Assembly: GCA_038886995.1 (NCBI GenBank)
Contig: JAWALG010000031.1
Location: 1-10,584 of the forward strand
Direction: 5' to 3'
Source: Candidatus Iainarchaeum sp.
Lineage (GTDB): Archaea > Iainarchaeota > Iainarchaeia > Iainarchaeales > DTGL01
Length of the DNA: 10,584 nt
Below are positions 7,007 to 10,584 of the stretch, piece after piece (position 1 is the first letter of the stretch; every line of letters begins with the position of its first letter). The notes below the pieces were generated by a model. That model did no database searches, had not been told where the DNA came from, and was given only the letters and a program-made list of their open reading frames with translations. The translations under genes were made by a program, and so were the position numbers.

Positions 7007-7039
7007 TTTTCTCTTTTTTATTTTCTTTTTTCTTCTTTT
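7007..7039 (+). terminator. Oligo-T/pyrimidine tract, archaeal terminator-like, on (+)
   Basis: TTTTCTCTTTTTTATTTTCTTTTTTCTTCTTTT begins 15 nt after the micro-ORF stop. Confidence 0.5.
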
Positions 7040-8024
7040 ATTTTTCGCAGTCCCAAATTGTTTTTTGGTTTGAATCAGTGTCAAGCTGCTTTGCGCTAAT
7101 TCCAAATCTGTGCCTTATGTGCTGTGCAAACTCTTTTGAAAAACCGTGTGTTGTGTAAACTTTCTTCGCACCGCATTCCTTTACATATCTTATGAGCTGG
7201 TCAAAGTCAGCATGGTCTGAAAGAGGAAATATTTTATCAAAGCAGCCCTTGTAAGGCCAACCGCTTGCTTTCGCACTCGAAACCCTTTTGCCAATGGAGT
7301 ACTCTATTGCTTGAAATAAGTGTGTGCTACACAATGACGGCGGCAATATTAGCACTTGAGAATCGCGAAGGTTGTGGTCAAGCTTGTAGTAAGTGCCAAG
7401 CTTGATTCCAAAGTCCTCATAAACCTTGTTGTTCTCATATATCTTCTCGTGCACTATTGGCGCTATGCCTAAGTACTGATTTGAAAATGCGGTAAGCTCC
7501 TGGGCTTTTCCCAAGGCATAGCCAGAGAGCACTAAAAAATGACCTCTTGCAAGCTGCTTCTTAGCCCAAAAGGCAAAATCTTCATACGCCTTTTCCCTCT
7601 CAGGGAAAACATATTCTGGCAAGCCAAATGTTGTCTCTATTACTAAGGTATCACATTGCAGTATTTCTGCGCCTTTTGTTATTAGCGAGTCCTGAAGTTT
7701 AAAGTCAGATGTTATTGCAATGCTTTCATCACATTCAATGTAAACCTGGGCTGAGCCAAGTATATGGCCAGAGTTTCTAAGCGAAATACCTAATGATCCA
7801 AGAGCAATTTTCTCGCCTAGGCATAAAGGCCTTTTCTTTGCAAAAAAACTCTTTTCCTTTTCAATTAGCTTAAGCGTTGCTTCTGAGCCAATGACAGAGC
7901 CCCTTGAAGCAAACACATGGTCTGCATGTGCATGCGTAACTATGCTGTGCTCTGCTGAATTGCAGTCAACTGCAAGATTAACGCCGTCGGAAAGCAAAAG
8001 GCCTTTTCTCCAAAAAATATCCAT
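7038..8024 (-). CDS. MBL/beta-CASP family nuclease (COG1236-like), 328 aa
   Basis: THAHADH, SGHILGSAQ, TSDF, motif A IETTFG, GYALGKAQE, motif B LSDHADF, motif C THG. Confidence 0.88.
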   Translation of the reverse strand: MDIFWRKGLLLSDGVNLAVDCNSAEHSIVTHAHADHVFASRGSVIGSEATLKLIEKEKSFFAKKRPLCLGEKIALGSLGISLRNSGHILGSAQVYIECDESIAITSDFKLQDSLITKGAEILQCDTLVIETTFGLPEYVFPEREKAYEDFAFWAKKQLARGHFLVLSGYALGKAQELTAFSNQYLGIAPIVHEKIYENNKVYEDFGIKLGTYYKLDHNLRDSQVLILPPSLCSTHLFQAIEYSIGKRVSSAKASGWPYKGCFDKIFPLSDHADFDQLIRYVKECGAKKVYTTHGFSKEFAQHIRHRFGISAKQLDTDSNQKTIWDCEK

Positions 8025-8041
8025 GCATTAATAATAATGCA
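8024..8041. repeat. Inverted repeat TGCATTA-ATAA-TAATGCA at the beta-CASP start
   Basis: Perfect 7-bp arms with a 4-nt spacer, lying between the TATA-like box (8055-8048) and the ATG. Confidence 0.45.
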
Positions 8042-8162
8042 GCGGAGAATAAAAATGTTGGTGAAGCCAAGAAACTATTGGCTGAAACTCTAAGAATTCA
8101 ATAAAGTTCTATTTATTTTTCTCGTTTATCTTGCGCTTTTCTTTTTTTGACTTGGTTGATAC

Positions 8163-8180
8163 AAAAACAATTATAAATAA
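8163..8180 (+). promoter_or_regulatory. BRE/TATA promoter of the coiled-coil gene
   Basis: AAAAACAA followed by TTATAAAT (8171-8178). This predicts a TSS near 8197-8201, downstream of ATG 8183, and so favours ATG 8213. Confidence 0.55.
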
Positions 8181-8212
8181 GTATGCATTTTTTATATGCG
8201 GGGCTGAGGCAT

Positions 8213-9310
8213 ATGCAAGACGCGCCTAAAGAACTTGTTGGAAGGTGCATAGAGCGTTTATCCTACTTACAATTAAAAATGCGCGGCTCAAACTGGGCTG
8301 AGCTTTCCTCAAATGCTTTTGTGAGGCAAGCACAAGGTGCTTTAGAGGAGCTTGAGGAAATTGAAAAGATTCTTTCCGGAATTTCAAAGGAAGCAAAAGA
8401 GCCAAAGGAGCACGAGTTTGAAGACATAATAAGGGAGCACCGCAAGCTGATAACAACACTTAAAAGGAACATAGAATATGAGCAAAACAAGATCGCGAAG
8501 GATCATCGCATTGCGCCGCCAAACCCAGAGCTTTTTGCCTCGCTTCAGCAAAAAGTACTTTCACTAATGCTGAGGACAAGGTTCTTCATGGAGCGCCTTA
8601 TGCTACATATTGGGCGCAAGGAAACTTCAGCTGTGGGAAAAGTAGAACAAGGCAAGCTACTTGAATTGCTTGAGCAAAAAGAACGTGAGCTCCAAGAACT
8701 GAAAAGGAAGTATGAGGATGTGAAAAAGAGCGTTTTCTTTAGCATTGAGGAAAAAAGCGCTGCTGACCTTGAACAGGAGCTATCACAAATAACGCTCGCG
8801 TTTGAAAAAGAAAAAAGGAAGCTTGAGGAGACATTCGCGGATTACAGGCACAAGATTGCTTCATTGCAGTCAGAGTTTATGCAGCTTGCTGACAGGCTTC
8901 ACGAAACGCAGAGGCGCTTTGATGTCTTTTGCGAAAAAAGCTCTGAGTTAGTGCATTTGCTAAAAAAGGAGAGAGATTTTGCTAAAAAGCTTGTGTTAGA
9001 CATTGAGGCAGAAGTAATGGAGCTCAGGAATACGTACAGCAACGAATTGCTTAAGCTTGAACAAGCCAAGCTTGAGGCAAAGAAAAGCGCTGAGAAGGAA
9101 TATGAGGCAAGGATAAGGGCCTTAGAAGACGAAATAATTGCAAAAGAAGAGCTTTTGAAGCATTTTAGGGATATGGCTGCAAGCACTGATTCTGAGAGAA
9201 AAGAGCTTAAAGAAAGGATTGCCTTCTTGAACGCGGCCATGGCTGCGAGGGAAAAAGAGGAAAAAGCAAGAAAAGAAGGCAAAAATATAAAAAAGGAAAG
9301 AAAAGAATAG
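8213..9310 (+). CDS. Long alpha-helical coiled-coil protein of unknown function, about 365 aa
   Basis: E/K/L/A/R-rich heptads throughout, no proline after IAPPNPE, no Walker A motif and no TM segment. Start 8213 is preceded by GGGGCTGAGG; ATG 8183 is the alternative. Confidence 0.8.
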   Translation: MQDAPKELVGRCIERLSYLQLKMRGSNWAELSSNAFVRQAQGALEELEEIEKILSGISKEAKEPKEHEFEDIIREHRKLITTLKRNIEYEQNKIAKDHRIAPPNPELFASLQQKVLSLMLRTRFFMERLMLHIGRKETSAVGKVEQGKLLELLEQKERELQELKRKYEDVKKSVFFSIEEKSAADLEQELSQITLAFEKEKRKLEETFADYRHKIASLQSEFMQLADRLHETQRRFDVFCEKSSELVHLLKKERDFAKKLVLDIEAEVMELRNTYSNELLKLEQAKLEAKKSAEKEYEARIRALEDEIIAKEELLKHFRDMAASTDSERKELKERIAFLNAAMAAREKEEKARKEGKNIKKERKE

Positions 9311-9319
9311 TTTGCTAAG

Positions 9320-10584
9320 TTATCCGTTGTTGTAGTAGGTTGTATATCCCCTGTAAGGGTAACTTGTACCACTATATGAGTAAGAGGTATAGCTTGGGTA
9401 GTAAGTGCTTGAACTATTTGTGTATGTAGCGTATGAGTAAGTTGGCTTGTAGCTAGAGTAGGTGCCTGTGCTGCTATAATTACTTGGATAAGAGTATGGT
9501 GTGTATGATGTATATGAACTGTTGTATGAATAGCTTCTTGATGTTGGTGAATAATAACTTGACGAGTAAGAGTAGCTGGAGTAACTATTTTGATATGTTG
9601 GATATGATGAGTAACTACTATTGTAAGTGGTAGCTGTTGATGTAGTGTTTGTTGAGCTCTTTGAGCCAAAGCCAAAGAACCTTGCTATTCTTGAGAGCCA
9701 GCTCCCGGAGCTGCTCGAGGAGCTTGAATTACTACTATTGCTGCTTGAATATGTTGTTGCCCCCATCGAAGAATTATTGGCTGTAGATGTTGTCTTTGAC
9801 TCTACGATTGATGTAAGCCCTGTACTCTGCGCATAATAGTATGCCTGACTTGCGTATACAGGCCCTTCCGCATTGATTGGCTTGCTAGCAATCAGCTTAC
9901 CTCCTTGATATGCTTCAACAATTATTGGCGCACTTGAATCAGCAGGTGCGGCTAAAACATATTCTATTCCAGAATTGTCTCCTGAAGATGAGCCAACCTT
10001 GTTGTATTCACAAAGGAATGTACCGTCAGCCCTCTGCTCACAATGTGCTGAAGGCCCACAAATCATTGTTGCTCTAGGAACGTCTTCGCACCAAAACATC
10101 AGGTAATGTATGTATATATCAGGTCCTATTTTGGGGTCGCAAAATCGCGGAGTTCCCACTATTCTTCCTTCGGTGCATATCCTTGTAATGCACTTGTTAT
10201 AATAAGTCACACCGAAATATGTGAACTGTGGGAAACATCCAAGTTCGCACTTTGCGTAGTTTCCACCTTTAAATGGATTTGTCTGCCCACCTTCAACCGT
10301 ATAGGCAAGCTGCAAATAGCCAGTGTAGAATTGCCCTCTCAATGCACGCTTGATCTCATCTTTTATAGAGGGGTCGTTCTGCGGCTTGGACTCAATCGCA
10401 CTGAAAAGCCGCACAAAGTCCTGGTTGAGTATCTTATTTCCCTGAAGGTCAGTAAAATACTCGTGCATCTGATTTACGTCATAATAGCAAACAGGCGTTG
10501 CAAGCTCAACCCTTTGTGCAAAAGCACCGTTGGAAAATAAACCAAAGTATACTGCCAAAATCAAAGAAAAAGCAAAAAACTTTT
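9320..10584 (-). CDS. Secreted/cell-surface protein with Cys-rich region and Ser/Tyr/Thr low-complexity tail, 5'-partial
   Basis: The frame is open to the window edge: KFFAFSLILAVYFGLFSNGAFA|QRV is a signal peptide with an A-x-A site. It has 10 Cys in the N-terminal half, a Ser/Thr linker and a Tyr-rich C-terminus. Confidence 0.82.
   Translation of the reverse strand, partial: KFFAFSLILAVYFGLFSNGAFAQRVELATPVCYYDVNQMHEYFTDLQGNKILNQDFVRLFSAIESKPQNDPSIKDEIKRALRGQFYTGYLQLAYTVEGGQTNPFKGGNYAKCELGCFPQFTYFGVTYYNKCITRICTEGRIVGTPRFCDPKIGPDIYIHYLMFWCEDVPRATMICGPSAHCEQRADGTFLCEYNKVGSSSGDNSGIEYVLAAPADSSAPIIVEAYQGGKLIASKPINAEGPVYASQAYYYAQSTGLTSIVESKTTSTANNSSMGATTYSSSNSSNSSSSSSSGSWLSRIARFFGFGSKSSTNTTSTATTYNSSYSSYPTYQNSYSSYSYSSSYYSPTSRSYSYNSSYTSYTPYSYPSNYSSTGTYSSYKPTYSYATYTNSSSTYYPSYTSYSYSGTSYPYRGYTTYYNNG

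Noticed and set aside
6927-7037. Read-through of the beta-CASP stop would add KKKKENKKEKILLIILFLLLLLCWQFSTPFQNIIFL, resembling a membrane anchor
   Set aside because: TAA is used as a normal stop elsewhere in the window, and the peptide is the expected antisense image of T-tracts and Lys codons.
6955-7158. 67-aa ORF MENCQQRRRRR... from the track
   Set aside because: Its GTG lies inside the SD of the micro-ORF, and it runs through T-tracts and antisense into the beta-CASP gene.
8055-8093. Small ORF MLVKPRNYWLKL with upstream GGAG
   Set aside because: Its ATG is the complement of the promoter 12-mer AACATTTTTATT shared with asnS, and there is no distinctive composition or clear (+) promoter.
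9533-9553. YSPTSRS, a 6/7 match to the RNA polymerase II CTD heptad
   Set aside because: Single copy within a Y/S/P/T-rich tail of a secreted protein; expected from composition.
8899-9675. 258-aa (-) ORF rich in H/T/Q/I
   Set aside because: Alternative frame of the Ser/Tyr tail plus antisense of the coiled-coil gene.
23-10540. Remaining antisense or nested ORFs in the track (e.g. 1298-1693, 2839-3453, 5181-5555, 10106-10540)
   Set aside because: Shadows of well-supported genes, with no motifs or SD sites.

Overview
Compact archaeal chromosomal segment. The archaeal origin rests on an archaeal-type asparagine synthetase, a CCA-less tRNA, BRE/TATA promoters and GGTG(G/A) Shine-Dalgarno sites; a DPANN-like lineage such as Diapherotrites is plausible but is inference only. 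Gene order: partial GT2 glycosyltransferase (+), HD-domain hydrolase (-), tRNA-Ile(GAT) (+), asparaginyl-tRNA synthetase asnS (-), its anticodon-domain-less paralogue archaeal asparagine synthetase A (-), a divergent Lrp/AsnC regulator with a truncated, frameshifted HTH (+), a (-) operon of endonuclease III-like HhH-GPD protein, RNase Z-like MBL hydrolase and inositol monophosphatase, an MBL/beta-CASP nuclease (-), a long coiled-coil orphan (+), and a partial secreted Cys-rich protein with a Tyr/Ser low-complexity tail (-). The most notable signals not in the ORF track are: (1) an apparently complete micro-gene encoding MPAKKKKKK (6963-6992) with its own palindromic promoter, SD and T-tract, lying antisense between two (-) genes; (2) the broken Lrp HTH, whose junction coincides with an 18-bp palindrome in front of asnA; (3) the asnA-asnS-Lrp asparagine module. 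No mobile element or CRISPR array was seen.
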